Below, piece after piece: positions 9,978 to 20,582 of a stretch of 64,000 bases of DNA; positions within the stretch are counted from its first letter, which is position 1, and every line of letters begins with the position of its first letter. Source of the stretch: Bacteroidales bacterium (GTDB lineage Bacteria; Bacteroidota; Bacteroidia; Bacteroidales; WCHB1-69); contig JAZLLK010000037.1 in the NCBI GenBank assembly GCA_045598105.1, positions 34,264 to 98,263 on the forward strand, given 5' to 3'. The translations under genes and the position numbers were made by a program. Under the pieces are notes generated by a model. That model did not search any database. It saw nothing but the letters and a program-made list of their open reading frames with translations, and was not told the origin of the DNA.

Positions 9978-10538
9978 TTGCAGTCATGCCAAACCCCGGA
10001 TATCAGCATCCCGGAACTTAGCGTATGCGGGAATAAAAAATTAAAGAAAAACAGGGACGGAAGGCCTTGCTACGCATGCTTATTGTATTCCTTCCGTCCC
10101 TAAAAAACACGCCACTTTCAGTGGCTGGAAAATTACTTTAACATACTTACTGCCAATGCTAAATAACTATATCACACACCATAATCGAGAAAAAAACGGA
10201 GGCATTTAACCTCAATTTTTAGTTTTAGCCAATGTTTAAAGGAATATCACCACGTTTTTTTCTGGTGAATTACCGTTAAAACGTTGAATATACAATGGTT
10301 ATAGAAAACAGAATTGGTTTTCTCGTCCGCCGAAGCGGGCGTGTTTTCTCGGGACGAAGGACTTATAAAAAGCGGGTAAATGCTAAATTTTATCTGCAAG
10401 CCTGCGGCTTGTGAGTAAAATTTAGCGTTACACGCTTAGTTGCCATAGGCAACAGTACATCGTCCCGTGTTTTTCTTTAATTCTATTCTGCTTTTGCAGC
10501 AAAAACTCCGTATACACTTAACACAGCGAATGCGGGAA
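9978..10538. repeat. Mosaic palindromic element, copy 1 (arm L 10041-10199, inverted arm R 10253-10480)
   Basis: Homologous to copies at 13274-14442 and 29044-29922; flanked by AGCGTATGCGGGA and AGCGAATGCGGGA. Confidence 0.9.
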
Positions 10539-10590
10539 GCATGCGTTGAAAGGCACTCAGATAGTGGACTTTAGATGATAATTATAGGCA

Positions 10591-13185
10591 TTACCAATTG
10601 TCATCCAGTTCCAAATCAGATTGTTTTTTTGTGCTGTTCAATTCCTTATTGGTAGGGGGGGCGGGGGTAGCGGAAGTGGTGCCGGCAGCGGCATCCTTCT
10701 TGGCTTTTTCCTGCTGTATTTCAAGCTTTTGCTCTTCCCATTTTCGTTTCATATTACGGTGTGAGGAATTGGAATCCCATTTAAATACGGGTTTGTCCAA
10801 ATTGCCTCCTGCCACCAAAAACAGGGTGGCTTTGCCGGTATTGTCATCTATTACCTCCCCAAAATCTTCGCGGTTGCGTTGGTTTGCACGTGCTTTTTTG
10901 CTAAGCAGCTCTCCCAATGATAATTGTATATGATAATCTATATCGTTATCAAAGGTGTGGGTGCCACCTATGGCCAAATTCAGCACATTGTTCCTAATAG
11001 CTATTTGCGGTATGGTAATGGTGCGGTTGGCCACGGATATTTGAGTGGATAGTGTTTCAAATTGTATGTTGTTCAGTTCATTAATAGATATGAATTTGGA
11101 CAAACTTTCCAAGGCTTTAAAGTTGATAAGTTTGCCGTTTTCTATTTTTAGGGCTATGGAGGCCGCTATGCTGTTTTGTATTAAATCCATATTGTTTTGC
11201 AGGGTAGCGTTGATTTGTGCGGAGCAGTCGGCGGTACCTTGCAGGTTTTTGTAGGTGAGCGACTGCTGACCAAAGTTATTGGTAGCGTAGAACAGCTTTT
11301 CTATGTTGATATGTTTCAGGTAGGTATTGCATTGTATGCCAAATTGTTTGTCGCCCAATGGGCGGAGGGTACAGTTGGCTTCCATTTTACCGTCAAAGGT
11401 GTTAATTTCAAATTGTTGTAAGCTCAGCGTGCCCTTATTCAGCAGCACGCGGCCGTAGGTTTTTCCGGCTTCAAATTTTTGGTAGGTGAATGATGCGGCA
11501 TTGAATGCCAAATCCATATAGATATGTTTGGGCAGTGCAAGCTGCATGGAGGTGCTTTTTTCTTTTTTGCTGTCAGCCTTGTGGTTATTGGTTTTAAGGA
11601 ATTCGTCCAATGAGAAGTTTTCGGTATTAAGGTTGGCTATCAGCCTAAGGTCTTCATTGCTATCCAGCAAATAGGGAAACAGGTTTTCTATGCGACCGTT
11701 CAGTTCAAGGGTGTTGTTTTGTATGGTTGTTTGTAAATGTTTGGCATATATAATGTGGTCCTGCATACTCACTTCACCCGACAGGTTGTTCAGGGTGTAG
11801 TCGCTATCTTTCAGCTGTAGGGTGGCATGTGCAAAGCTGACGGTACCTTGCATAAAGCTTTGGTTTAAATCGTGTACTGTAATATGCTCTATATCTGCAA
11901 ACTTATGTTTAAACAAAATCTTAATTTCCGCATCGCCGTCGGCATAGTGTATATAGTTGGCAGGCATAAAATTCTGCCAATCGTTCAACTGCAGGGTGGC
12001 TTCGGCGTTTATGTTTATTTGGGGCTGTTTCAGCCCTTCCATATCGGCTTGGGCGGTAATATATCCTTTATTCAGGCGGGCGGTAAGGGTGCTAATATTC
12101 ACTGCAAGGCTGTGGTTAATATCGGCGGTGTGCAGTTGGCAGGTGCCTTTCATACTAATATCATCCATGCTCACATGTGTTTGGGTATTGGCTATTTTTC
12201 CTTTTTGCAGTTGGTATTGGGCATGCAGGTGCATATCGCTTTTTTTGTCCAGCAGTCCGTCCACTTTTACGCTACAGGTAAGCTGTCCGTCGGGGGAGAA
12301 CATGCTCATTTTTTGCTGCAGGCTGTCGGGGAGTATGGTCGTCAGGTTTTTAATAGAGGCTTCGTTGGTGCCGGCCTGCAGGTGCAGGCGGAAATATTCA
12401 TCTTCCTTTTTTAGTTGCAAACCGAGCGTAAAATGCAGAAAATCAAACTTAAAATCACCTTTAGAAAAAGAATATTCTTCCGTATCGGTATTGATATGCA
12501 TAGTGGTGCTCAGTTCTACATTTTGGCGGGCGAGCAGCCGGGTATGGTTCACGTGAATGGTGTCTATGAGCAGGTTCCCTTTAATGTCGGCATGGAATAC
12601 GGCGGTGTCAAAATCGCCTTTGGCCTGTATTTTTTTAGCAAACACTTGCACATTCACCTGTGAGGGCATGTCATGGTAGCACACGTCCACCTGTTGCAGC
12701 AGTATGGTGTTAAGGGCTATTTTGAACCGGCTATCCGACACGGTATCCTCATGTATGAATATGTCCCAATTGGCTTTGCCTTTGGCGTTTACCGCCAAAA
12801 AAAGGCGGGCATGTGCTATTTCTACCTTACGCAGAGTGTAGTTGCCGCTTATAATGTCAGGCAAATTACACTGCAGATATACTTTTTGAGCTTCCAGCAG
12901 GTTTTGGGTGCCGCAGGCAGCCTGTACTGTTATATTATTTACCTCCAGTGAGGCACAAGGGAATCGCTTAATAAGTGAAAACGACACCTTTTCATGACTG
13001 ATATCCACGGTGGTGTAGTCGTATATTTTATGTAGAAACAAATCGGCTATTTTATCCTCAAAGGTAAAAGCTATGACAGTGAGTATAAGTATAATAGCTA
13101 CCATAACGGCCATAGTTATGCCCAAAATTCTGCCACAAATTTTCCATTTGCTTTTTTTTATGCTACCCAAAGTTGCTGTTGTCAT
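10591..13185 (-). CDS. AsmA-family protein
   Basis: N-terminal membrane anchor, beta-rich body, C-terminal GGTHTFDNDIDYHIQL AsmA-like region. Confidence 0.75.
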   Translation of the reverse strand: MTTATLGSIKKSKWKICGRILGITMAVMVAIILILTVIAFTFEDKIADLFLHKIYDYTTVDISHEKVSFSLIKRFPCASLEVNNITVQAACGTQNLLEAQKVYLQCNLPDIISGNYTLRKVEIAHARLFLAVNAKGKANWDIFIHEDTVSDSRFKIALNTILLQQVDVCYHDMPSQVNVQVFAKKIQAKGDFDTAVFHADIKGNLLIDTIHVNHTRLLARQNVELSTTMHINTDTEEYSFSKGDFKFDFLHFTLGLQLKKEDEYFRLHLQAGTNEASIKNLTTILPDSLQQKMSMFSPDGQLTCSVKVDGLLDKKSDMHLHAQYQLQKGKIANTQTHVSMDDISMKGTCQLHTADINHSLAVNISTLTARLNKGYITAQADMEGLKQPQININAEATLQLNDWQNFMPANYIHYADGDAEIKILFKHKFADIEHITVHDLNQSFMQGTVSFAHATLQLKDSDYTLNNLSGEVSMQDHIIYAKHLQTTIQNNTLELNGRIENLFPYLLDSNEDLRLIANLNTENFSLDEFLKTNNHKADSKKEKSTSMQLALPKHIYMDLAFNAASFTYQKFEAGKTYGRVLLNKGTLSLQQFEINTFDGKMEANCTLRPLGDKQFGIQCNTYLKHINIEKLFYATNNFGQQSLTYKNLQGTADCSAQINATLQNNMDLIQNSIAASIALKIENGKLINFKALESLSKFISINELNNIQFETLSTQISVANRTITIPQIAIRNNVLNLAIGGTHTFDNDIDYHIQLSLGELLSKKARANQRNREDFGEVIDDNTGKATLFLVAGGNLDKPVFKWDSNSSHRNMKRKWEEQKLEIQQEKAKKDAAAGTTSATPAPPTNKELNSTKKQSDLELDDNW

Positions 13186-13273
13186 GTATTTGCTGTATTA
13201 GTACAGCAAAAATAGTAAAAAATGATGTATAAGGTGACATGGTTTTAAAAAAAAATACGCACTTTATTTTGTT

Positions 13274-14442
13274 CATTAAATGTAGATGCCCATGTAGGCA
13301 CAGCGTATGCGGGGAAAATATTAAATTAAAGAAAAACTTTGGACGGAAGGCGTTGCTTATGCAACGGGAAGCCTGCTGCAAGGCAAATTTTCCTTGTAAG
13401 CCGCAAGCTTGCAGACAAAATTTCCCTTTTGCATGCTTATTGCCTCCCTTCCGCCCCTAAAAAAAACGCCACTTTCAGTGGCGAGAAAACTACTTTAATA
13501 CACGTTATGTCTATGATAATAAATTATATACCATACCATTATTGAGAAAAAAAACGGGGGCTGATCCCGTAATACGCCACATTATTGTTATGTTGATATA
13601 TTTATAAATAATTATGTTTAAATATGTTATAAATAAATTTTGTCAAATAGTGTCGATTTTTTTAATGTTATAAAAATCAACTATTTTAATAGTAAATTTA
13701 TAGTTCAATCTATTAATCAAAGGAATATCGTAATCATAGCATTATTCATATCTATTTACTTTCTTTGTCTTTCATACAAAGAAAGTAACAAAGAATTTTG
13801 CGATTAAGCTTTATACCAAGCAAGCCGAAGGTTTGTTTGGTTAAAGCGGAGCAAAATCACCGAAGGTAAAAATCACCGCGGAACCTCCATGCCTAAAAAT
13901 GAAGCATTTTTTTGCTAAACCGCTGATGCTGCTTTTCTTATGGTAAGTATTTACCATACTTTATATATTTATTCATACTTCAATAAAATCTTTTTCTATT
14001 CCCGTCGCAGCCGACATCGGTTCTTAACGCAAAAAATACATTATTTTCTATGGCATTCCGCTTATGCGGGTAGGTAGCCCTCTGTAAGAGGGCTTTAGGT
14101 ACACGTTATACCATATTTTAATTGTTATACCTACTCAATAATGGAACTCCGTCAATGTTTTTTTCTTGTGTATTACCTGTAAAACGCTTAATATTCATCG
14201 GTTATAGTAATGTAGAAATGGTTTTCTCGTTCTTTAGGGCGTGTTTTCTCGGGACGGGGTGCAGGTGAAGCAGGAGACCAAATGAAAAGTTTTGTCTGCA
14301 ACCTATGGTTGCAAGTAAAAAATCTTCGTTGGGCTCATATGTCGCTGCAAGCGACAAGTAACCCGTCCCGTGTTTTTCTTTTTTTTAAAAATTTCTGCTA
14401 TACCATTAAAAGGCGGTAATCCTGTAGGCACAGCGTATGCGG
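13274..14442. repeat. Mosaic palindromic element, copy 2 (arm L 13326-13557, box C about 13600-13690, module B 13756-14099 on +, arm R 14156-14388)
   Basis: Same arm architecture; exact 20-nt flanking direct repeat TGTAGGCACAGCGTATGCGG at 13293 and 14423. Confidence 0.9.
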
Positions 14443-14663
14443 TAATACCGTTTATTAACATTGCAATATGGTTGCAATGTTGGAATAATATCACGTAAAA
14501 AAACGTATGCGGAAACGCATTTTTTATCCTTCCTGCAATGAAGCAGTGGATAAGCCTTTTTTTAACTTATTTTGTAGAAAAAAATGTGATAAAAAACGCC
14601 TGATGTCTCGTTTTTTTTTAGTATTTTTGTTTTTTTTGGTAAAACATATAAAAGAATAATACA

Positions 14664-16277
14664 ATGACATTAGATTTAACACGTTACGGAATTGAAGGAG
14701 TGGAGGAAATTTACCACAATTTATCCTATGAAGAGTTATACAAGCATGAAACCAATCCTCAATTGGAAGGTTATGAAGTAGGTGAGCTCACTAATTTAGG
14801 TGCAGTAAATGTGAATACCGGCATATTCACAGGTCGTTCTCCTAAAGATAAATATATAGTAAGAGATGCCAACACCGAAAATACCGTATGGTGGGCAGGT
14901 GCTAATCGTAAAGGCTCTGATAACAAGCCTATTAGTCCGGAAGTGTGGGAAAGCCTGTTGGCCAACAGCTGCAAGCAGCTCAGTCACAAAAAACTGTATG
15001 TAATGGATGCCTATTGCGGTGCTAATAAGGATACCCGCTTGAAAATAAGAGTAATATGTGAAGTGGCATGGCAGGCACATTTTGTAAAGAATATGTTCAT
15101 ACGTCCCACCGAAGAAGAGTTGAAGGACTTTGAGCCTGATTTTGTTATGTTAAATGCTTGTAAAACAGTTAATCCTAACTGGAAAGAACAAAACCTGAAT
15201 AGTGAAGTATATGTTGCCTTCAATATTACCGATCGCATGGCAGTAGTAGGCGGCACATGGTATGGCGGTGAAATAAAGAAGGGATTTTTCTCCATTATGA
15301 ACTATTTCCTGCCTTTAAGAGGTATGGCCAGTATGCACTGCTCAGCCAATCAGGCACATGATGGCAGTACAGCCTTGTTTTTCGGTTTGTCGGGCACAGG
15401 TAAAACCACCTTATCGGCCGATCCTCGCCGTTTGCTCATAGGTGATGACGAACATGGTTGGGACGATGAAGGTATTTTCAACTATGAAGGTGGCTGCTAT
15501 GCCAAATGTATTAACCTCAGCAAAGAGCAGGAACCTGATATATACAATGCCATACGTAGAGATGCATTATTAGAGAATGTGGTAATAAAAGAGGACAAAA
15601 CTCCCGATTTTACCAGCGATGCACGTACCGAAAATACCCGGGTATCCTATCCTATATACCACATTAACAATATAGTAAAGCCTGTATCTAAGGGTACACA
15701 TCCTAAGGAAATTATATTCCTGTCGGCCGATGCCTTTGGCGTACTGCCTGCTGTAGCCCGCTTATCGGAAGAGCAAATGATGTATTATTTCCTCAGCGGT
15801 TACACCGCCAAATTAGCCGGTACCGAGCGCGGTATTAAGGAGCCTGTTCCTACTTTCTCATCCGCCTTTGGTGCACCTTTCTTATTGTTACACCCTACGG
15901 TGTATGCCGGTGAATTGCGTAAAAAAATGCAACTTCACGGCTCATCAGCTTATTTGGTGAATACCGGATGGGTAGGCGGTGCTTACGGAGTAGGCAGCCG
16001 TATAAGCCTTAAGGCTACCCGTGCCATTATAGATGCCATACACGATGGCAGCATTAACGACTGTGAATATGAAGAGCTGAAGCCTTTTGGCCTTATGATA
16101 CCCCAAGCATTGAAAGGTGTGGACAGCCAATTGCTTAATCCCCGCAACATGTGGGCTGACAAGGCTGCCTATGACAAGCAGGCTACCGCATTGGCACAGG
16201 CCTTCATTAAGAATTTTGAAAACTTCACCGATAACGAAGACGGCAAACGTTTGGTTAACTTCGGTCCCCAATTATAG
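14664..16277 (+). CDS. pckA: Phosphoenolpyruvate carboxykinase (ATP)
   Basis: [37 protein letters not shown]. Confidence 0.97.
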   Translation: MTLDLTRYGIEGVEEIYHNLSYEELYKHETNPQLEGYEVGELTNLGAVNVNTGIFTGRSPKDKYIVRDANTENTVWWAGANRKGSDNKPISPEVWESLLANSCKQLSHKKLYVMDAYCGANKDTRLKIRVICEVAWQAHFVKNMFIRPTEEELKDFEPDFVMLNACKTVNPNWKEQNLNSEVYVAFNITDRMAVVGGTWYGGEIKKGFFSIMNYFLPLRGMASMHCSANQAHDGSTALFFGLSGTGKTTLSADPRRLLIGDDEHGWDDEGIFNYEGGCYAKCINLSKEQEPDIYNAIRRDALLENVVIKEDKTPDFTSDARTENTRVSYPIYHINNIVKPVSKGTHPKEIIFLSADAFGVLPAVARLSEEQMMYYFLSGYTAKLAGTERGIKEPVPTFSSAFGAPFLLLHPTVYAGELRKKMQLHGSSAYLVNTGWVGGAYGVGSRISLKATRAIIDAIHDGSINDCEYEELKPFGLMIPQALKGVDSQLLNPRNMWADKAAYDKQATALAQAFIKNFENFTDNEDGKRLVNFGPQL

Positions 16278-16283
16278 TGGTCC

Positions 16284-17192
16284 ATGCTGACACGTATTGC
16301 CATATATTGTTTACTATATCCGCTCTCGCTGTTGCCGCTTAGGGTGTTATATGCTTTTTCGGCCTTAATACAATGGGTGGTATGTGATGTGTGCGGTTAT
16401 AGAAAACAAGTGGTGAAACTCAATCTACGCAATTCCTTCCCCGACTACCCGGAGAGGGAATTGCTTTTGATAGAAAAGCAGTATTACCGTCACCTGTGCG
16501 ACCTGGTAGTAGAGGGGGTGAAGGAGCTCACCCTTAGCCGTAAGCAGGTAATGAAACGTTACCGCTGCATTAATCCGGAAGTGGCCGATAAGTATTTTGC
16601 CGAAGGCAAAAGCGTGATATTGCTCTCTTCACATTATAATAACTGGGAGTGGATGGTGCTGTCACTGGATATGCATTTTAAGGCCCACGGCGTGGGCGTG
16701 GGCAAGGCCAATAGCAATAAAGACTTTGAAACCCTTATCAATAAAGCCCGCACCCGCTATGGCACCGAGGTGGTATTTGCCGATAGGGTGCGAACCGTGG
16801 TGGAGCAGTATGAGCTGCAACATACCCCCTGCGTGTACATGATGCTCAGCGACCAAAGTCCTGCCAATGTACGCAAAGCCCATATTACCACCTTCCTGCA
16901 TCAGCCGTCGGCTATGATATATGGCGGTGAATATTTTGCCCGCAAATATGATATGCCCGTGCTGTACTATGCCGTACACAAAGTAAAACGCGGCTATTAT
17001 GAGTTTACCCTGGAGCCTGTGTGCGAGCATGCCTCCGAGCTGGAAAACGGAGCAGTGGTGGAGCACTATGTGCATCTGCTACAGCATGATATACGCCAAG
17101 CCCCCCAATACTGGCTGTGGAGCCACCGCCGCTGGAAACGCCGCAAAGAAGTGGAGCAGGTAATGGAAGAAAAGAGTATGATGAATAAGTAA
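16284..17192 (+). CDS. Lipid A biosynthesis acyltransferase (LpxL/HtrB family)
   Basis: HYNNWE, SDQ and PQYWLWSHRRWK motifs. Confidence 0.85.
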   Translation: MLTRIAIYCLLYPLSLLPLRVLYAFSALIQWVVCDVCGYRKQVVKLNLRNSFPDYPERELLLIEKQYYRHLCDLVVEGVKELTLSRKQVMKRYRCINPEVADKYFAEGKSVILLSSHYNNWEWMVLSLDMHFKAHGVGVGKANSNKDFETLINKARTRYGTEVVFADRVRTVVEQYELQHTPCVYMMLSDQSPANVRKAHITTFLHQPSAMIYGGEYFARKYDMPVLYYAVHKVKRGYYEFTLEPVCEHASELENGAVVEHYVHLLQHDIRQAPQYWLWSHRRWKRRKEVEQVMEEKSMMNK

Positions 17193-17297
17193 ATAGTTGT
17201 GTTAAATTGTATTAACATGAATATATACTAAAATAAGATATAAGTGTATAAAAAGTAACGTATTTTGATACACTTACCGGTATGAAATGATAATAAG

Positions 17298-18926
17298 ATG
17301 GACAGATTAACACCTGAGCAAAGGCACAGGAATATGCAAGCCGTAAAAGGTAAAAATTCAAAAATAGAACTGATACTCGGACGGCAATTGTGGAATAAAG
17401 GTTACAGGTATAGGAAAAATGATAAAACCGTATTCGGGAAACCTGATTTCACGTTTAAAAAGTACAAAATCGCCATATTTTGTGATGGTGAGTTTTGGCA
17501 TGGAAAAGATTGGAATATACGTAAAAATGATATTCAATCCAACCGGGAATTTTGGTATAAAAAAATAGAGGGAAACATAGAAAGAGACAAAAAAGTAAAC
17601 CGGACTTTAAAAGAACAAGGTTGGACAGTTATAAGATTTTGGGAAACAGACATTAAAAAAAACATAGATTTGTGTATGAGCAGCATTGAAAAAAAAATAA
17701 ATAAACATCAAAATATGAAAGAATCGGTCAATATAAAAACTGAAAAGACAATTGAACCCGTTTCCCGACCTGTCACAAACAATGATATGGCGATAATAAC
17801 GCACTATCTGTACCATAGAAAATCAAAATTTAAAAAAACATATATGGACGCTATCACTTTATTAAACAATTTACACGAAAACGAAAGAACTTCTTTGGAA
17901 GCTCTATTGTTCGGTGTGCCGTTTCCGCAACCGGCAAAACCGAAATTCACTTTTATTGACCTGTTTGCGGGAATAGGCGGTTTTAGAATCGCCATGCAAA
18001 ATCTGGGAGGTAAATGTGTGTATTCTTCCGAATGGGATACACAGGCTCAAAAGACTTATATGACTAATTTTGGGGAAGTTCCGTTCGGTGATATTACACA
18101 AGAAACCACAAAACAACATATTCCTGATGATTTTGATGTCTTATGTGCAGGGTTTCCATGTCAGGCATTTTCTTTGGCAGGAAAACGAAAGGGCTTTGAA
18201 GAAACCAGAGGAACCCTGTTTTTTGATGTTGCCGAAATTATACGTCGCAAACGCCCTAAAGCATTCTTCCTTGAAAATGTAAAAGGACTGAAAATACATG
18301 ACAAAGGAAAAACACTGGAAACCATACTTAACGTATTAAGAAATGATTTGGATTACTATGTGCCGGAGCCGCAAATAGTTAATGCCATGAATTTCGGTGT
18401 TCCGCAACACAGGGAAAGAATATACATAGTCGGATTCAGAAAAGATATGAATGTCAATTCGTTTACGTATCCCGTACCGACAGATACCACCAAACGCTTT
18501 ATAGATATACGTGAGGAAAACGAAGTGTCGGTAAAATATTATTTATCCACACAATATATACAAACACTCATTAATCATAAAAAGAGACACGAAAGCAAAG
18601 GTCACGGATTCGGATACGAAATAGTACCTGATGACGGTGTAGCTAACGCTATTGTGGTAGGAGGAATGGGAAGAGAAAGGAATATAGTTATAGATAAACG
18701 TTTAACCGATTTTACACCTGTTACCAAAATAAAAGGAGAAGTAAATCATGACGGTTGGAGACGAATGACCCCAAGAGAGTGGGCCAGGTTACAGGGTTTT
18801 CCCGATGAATTTATCATTCCCGTAGCTGACGTATCGGCGTACAAACAATTCGGCAACAGTGTTGCAGTGCCGGCCATACAGGCAACAGCTAAAGAGATAT
18901 TAAAAAGAATACTTAAAAATAAATAA
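17298..18926 (+). CDS. Vsr very-short-patch endonuclease fused in frame to an HpaII-like C5 cytosine methyltransferase (internal ATG 17715)
   Basis: Vsr motifs GKPDF and FCDGEFWHG; MTase motifs FIDLFAGIGG, GFPCQ, ENV and YKQFGNSV; TRD resembles M.HpaII (CCGG) as recalled. Confidence 0.88.
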   Translation: MDRLTPEQRHRNMQAVKGKNSKIELILGRQLWNKGYRYRKNDKTVFGKPDFTFKKYKIAIFCDGEFWHGKDWNIRKNDIQSNREFWYKKIEGNIERDKKVNRTLKEQGWTVIRFWETDIKKNIDLCMSSIEKKINKHQNMKESVNIKTEKTIEPVSRPVTNNDMAIITHYLYHRKSKFKKTYMDAITLLNNLHENERTSLEALLFGVPFPQPAKPKFTFIDLFAGIGGFRIAMQNLGGKCVYSSEWDTQAQKTYMTNFGEVPFGDITQETTKQHIPDDFDVLCAGFPCQAFSLAGKRKGFEETRGTLFFDVAEIIRRKRPKAFFLENVKGLKIHDKGKTLETILNVLRNDLDYYVPEPQIVNAMNFGVPQHRERIYIVGFRKDMNVNSFTYPVPTDTTKRFIDIREENEVSVKYYLSTQYIQTLINHKKRHESKGHGFGYEIVPDDGVANAIVVGGMGRERNIVIDKRLTDFTPVTKIKGEVNHDGWRRMTPREWARLQGFPDEFIIPVADVSAYKQFGNSVAVPAIQATAKEILKRILKNK

Positions 18927-18934
18927 CAGCTATT

Positions 18935-20089
18935 ATGAAAGAAAAGAAGGATATTAAACCCTTAAAGGGCAACAAAGGCGAATGGTCGGAAATATACATT
19001 TTTTTAAAATTAATGGAAGACGGCAAAATATATGCTGCCGATCATGATATGAAACGTATAAAGAATGTATTTCTTAATATATTGAAAATTATAAGAGAAG
19101 AATATAAAGGTGAAGTATATGAGTATTTTACCGGAAAAGAAATTGAAATACATTTGAATAACGAATGCGTACATATAGCAGATAAAGAATTATTTTCGGA
19201 CAATAGAAAATATATATGGAAAACCATAAAAAACTCAAAAGGAGGAATTATTGAATGCCCTAAAAGTAATGAATTTTTGAAGAGGATACACATAACAAAA
19301 TTAAAATCCCCGGCTACCTCCAAAAATGATTTCTTCGGTGGAACTCAGGATATTACTATGCAAACTCAGGATCATAGAAGTGGTGTTACTTCCGTTACGG
19401 GATTTTCCTGTAAATCGGATTTTGCAGGAAAATCATCATTGTTTAATGCCAGTAATGACAATACAAACTTTGTGTATGAAGTTACAGGCAATATAAATGA
19501 TACCGTTATGAATGAGTTTAACAACATATTTGATTCCAAAAAACATGTTGCAACCGGCAAAAGAATGAAGTATCTGAAAAAAAACCATTGCGATATAAGA
19601 TATATAGATACTGCAAAACCTAATGCAAAAAGGAACCTTATATTATCCGGAGGTATGGAACTTCCGCTAATAACAGGTGAAATGCTGAAGTATTATTATT
19701 ACATTCATAACGGGGAAGCGGCATATTCTTCCATAAAAAATGCACTCTCATACATAACTGACACCGATGTCGCTAAATATAATTGTGACGATTTGAGCAG
19801 TTTATACTCAAGAAAAATAGGTTCTTTACTGTATGATATGTTTACAGGCATGCGATTAAGTAAACCATGGAATGGAAGAAGCAGCGTTAACGGAGGCTAT
19901 ATAGTAGTTAAACCTGATGGAGATGTATTGGCTTACCATACCTGTATAACAGATGAATTTAAGGACTTTCTTGTAAGCAGATTAAGATTTGAGTCCCCAA
20001 GCGCAAAACGACATGAATATATGTCAATATATAAAGAAAACGATAAATATTATCTGAAACTCAGCTTACAGATTCGATTCAATAAATAA
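18935..20089 (+). CDS. HpaII-family type II restriction endonuclease
   Basis: N-terminal GNKGEWSEIY, GFSCKS, C-terminal LKLSLQIRF; follows the cognate MTase. Confidence 0.8.
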   Translation: MKEKKDIKPLKGNKGEWSEIYIFLKLMEDGKIYAADHDMKRIKNVFLNILKIIREEYKGEVYEYFTGKEIEIHLNNECVHIADKELFSDNRKYIWKTIKNSKGGIIECPKSNEFLKRIHITKLKSPATSKNDFFGGTQDITMQTQDHRSGVTSVTGFSCKSDFAGKSSLFNASNDNTNFVYEVTGNINDTVMNEFNNIFDSKKHVATGKRMKYLKKNHCDIRYIDTAKPNAKRNLILSGGMELPLITGEMLKYYYYIHNGEAAYSSIKNALSYITDTDVAKYNCDDLSSLYSRKIGSLLYDMFTGMRLSKPWNGRSSVNGGYIVVKPDGDVLAYHTCITDEFKDFLVSRLRFESPSAKRHEYMSIYKENDKYYLKLSLQIRFNK

Positions 20090-20097
20090 CATATTGT

Positions 20098-20493
20098 ATG
20101 CATACGCTCATAATGTCATTATTCACCCTCATAACACTCACCATGAACCATCCTATATATTTCTACAAAGGCAACAGCAACTACCGAAGTGACATACTCT
20201 ACACCTGGGACGGACAATACCTCTACCGGGGTAACAGCACTTACCGCTCCGATATACTCTATACCTGGGATGGAGAATACCTCTACAAGGGCAACAGTAC
20301 CTATAGGAGTGACATACTATATACCTGGGATGGCCAGTGGATATACAAAGGCAACAGCACTTACCGAAGTGATATACTATATACCTGCTCACAAGGGCAT
20401 ATATACAAAGGTAACAGCACCTACACCTGTGACATATTGTACACTACCGACGGCACTATACCCGTAGCAGTGCTCATGGCCGTAATGCCGTAA
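20098..20493 (+). CDS. Small protein with five tandem 20-aa repeats (YKGNSTYRSDILYTWDG)
   Basis: 60-nt period over 20161-20460 with many synonymous differences between units; hydrophobic N-terminus. Confidence 0.75.
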   Translation: MHTLIMSLFTLITLTMNHPIYFYKGNSNYRSDILYTWDGQYLYRGNSTYRSDILYTWDGEYLYKGNSTYRSDILYTWDGQWIYKGNSTYRSDILYTCSQGHIYKGNSTYTCDILYTTDGTIPVAVLMAVMP

Positions 20494-20582
20494 AAAAATA
20501 TAACCGAACATAAGCAAAAAAAATATATATTTGCACATATATAACAACATAAGATATAATATTAAAAAACAATAATATAAGT

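Noticed and set aside
13239-13545. Short ORFs over the repeat arms (also 29127-29354 and 29679-29930)
   Set aside because: Shared peptides simply reflect the repeat; reading frames are not conserved between copies
20161-20460. 60-nt tandem repeats as a CRISPR or guide-RNA array
   Set aside because: No unique spacers; variation is largely synonymous within an open frame; no cas genes
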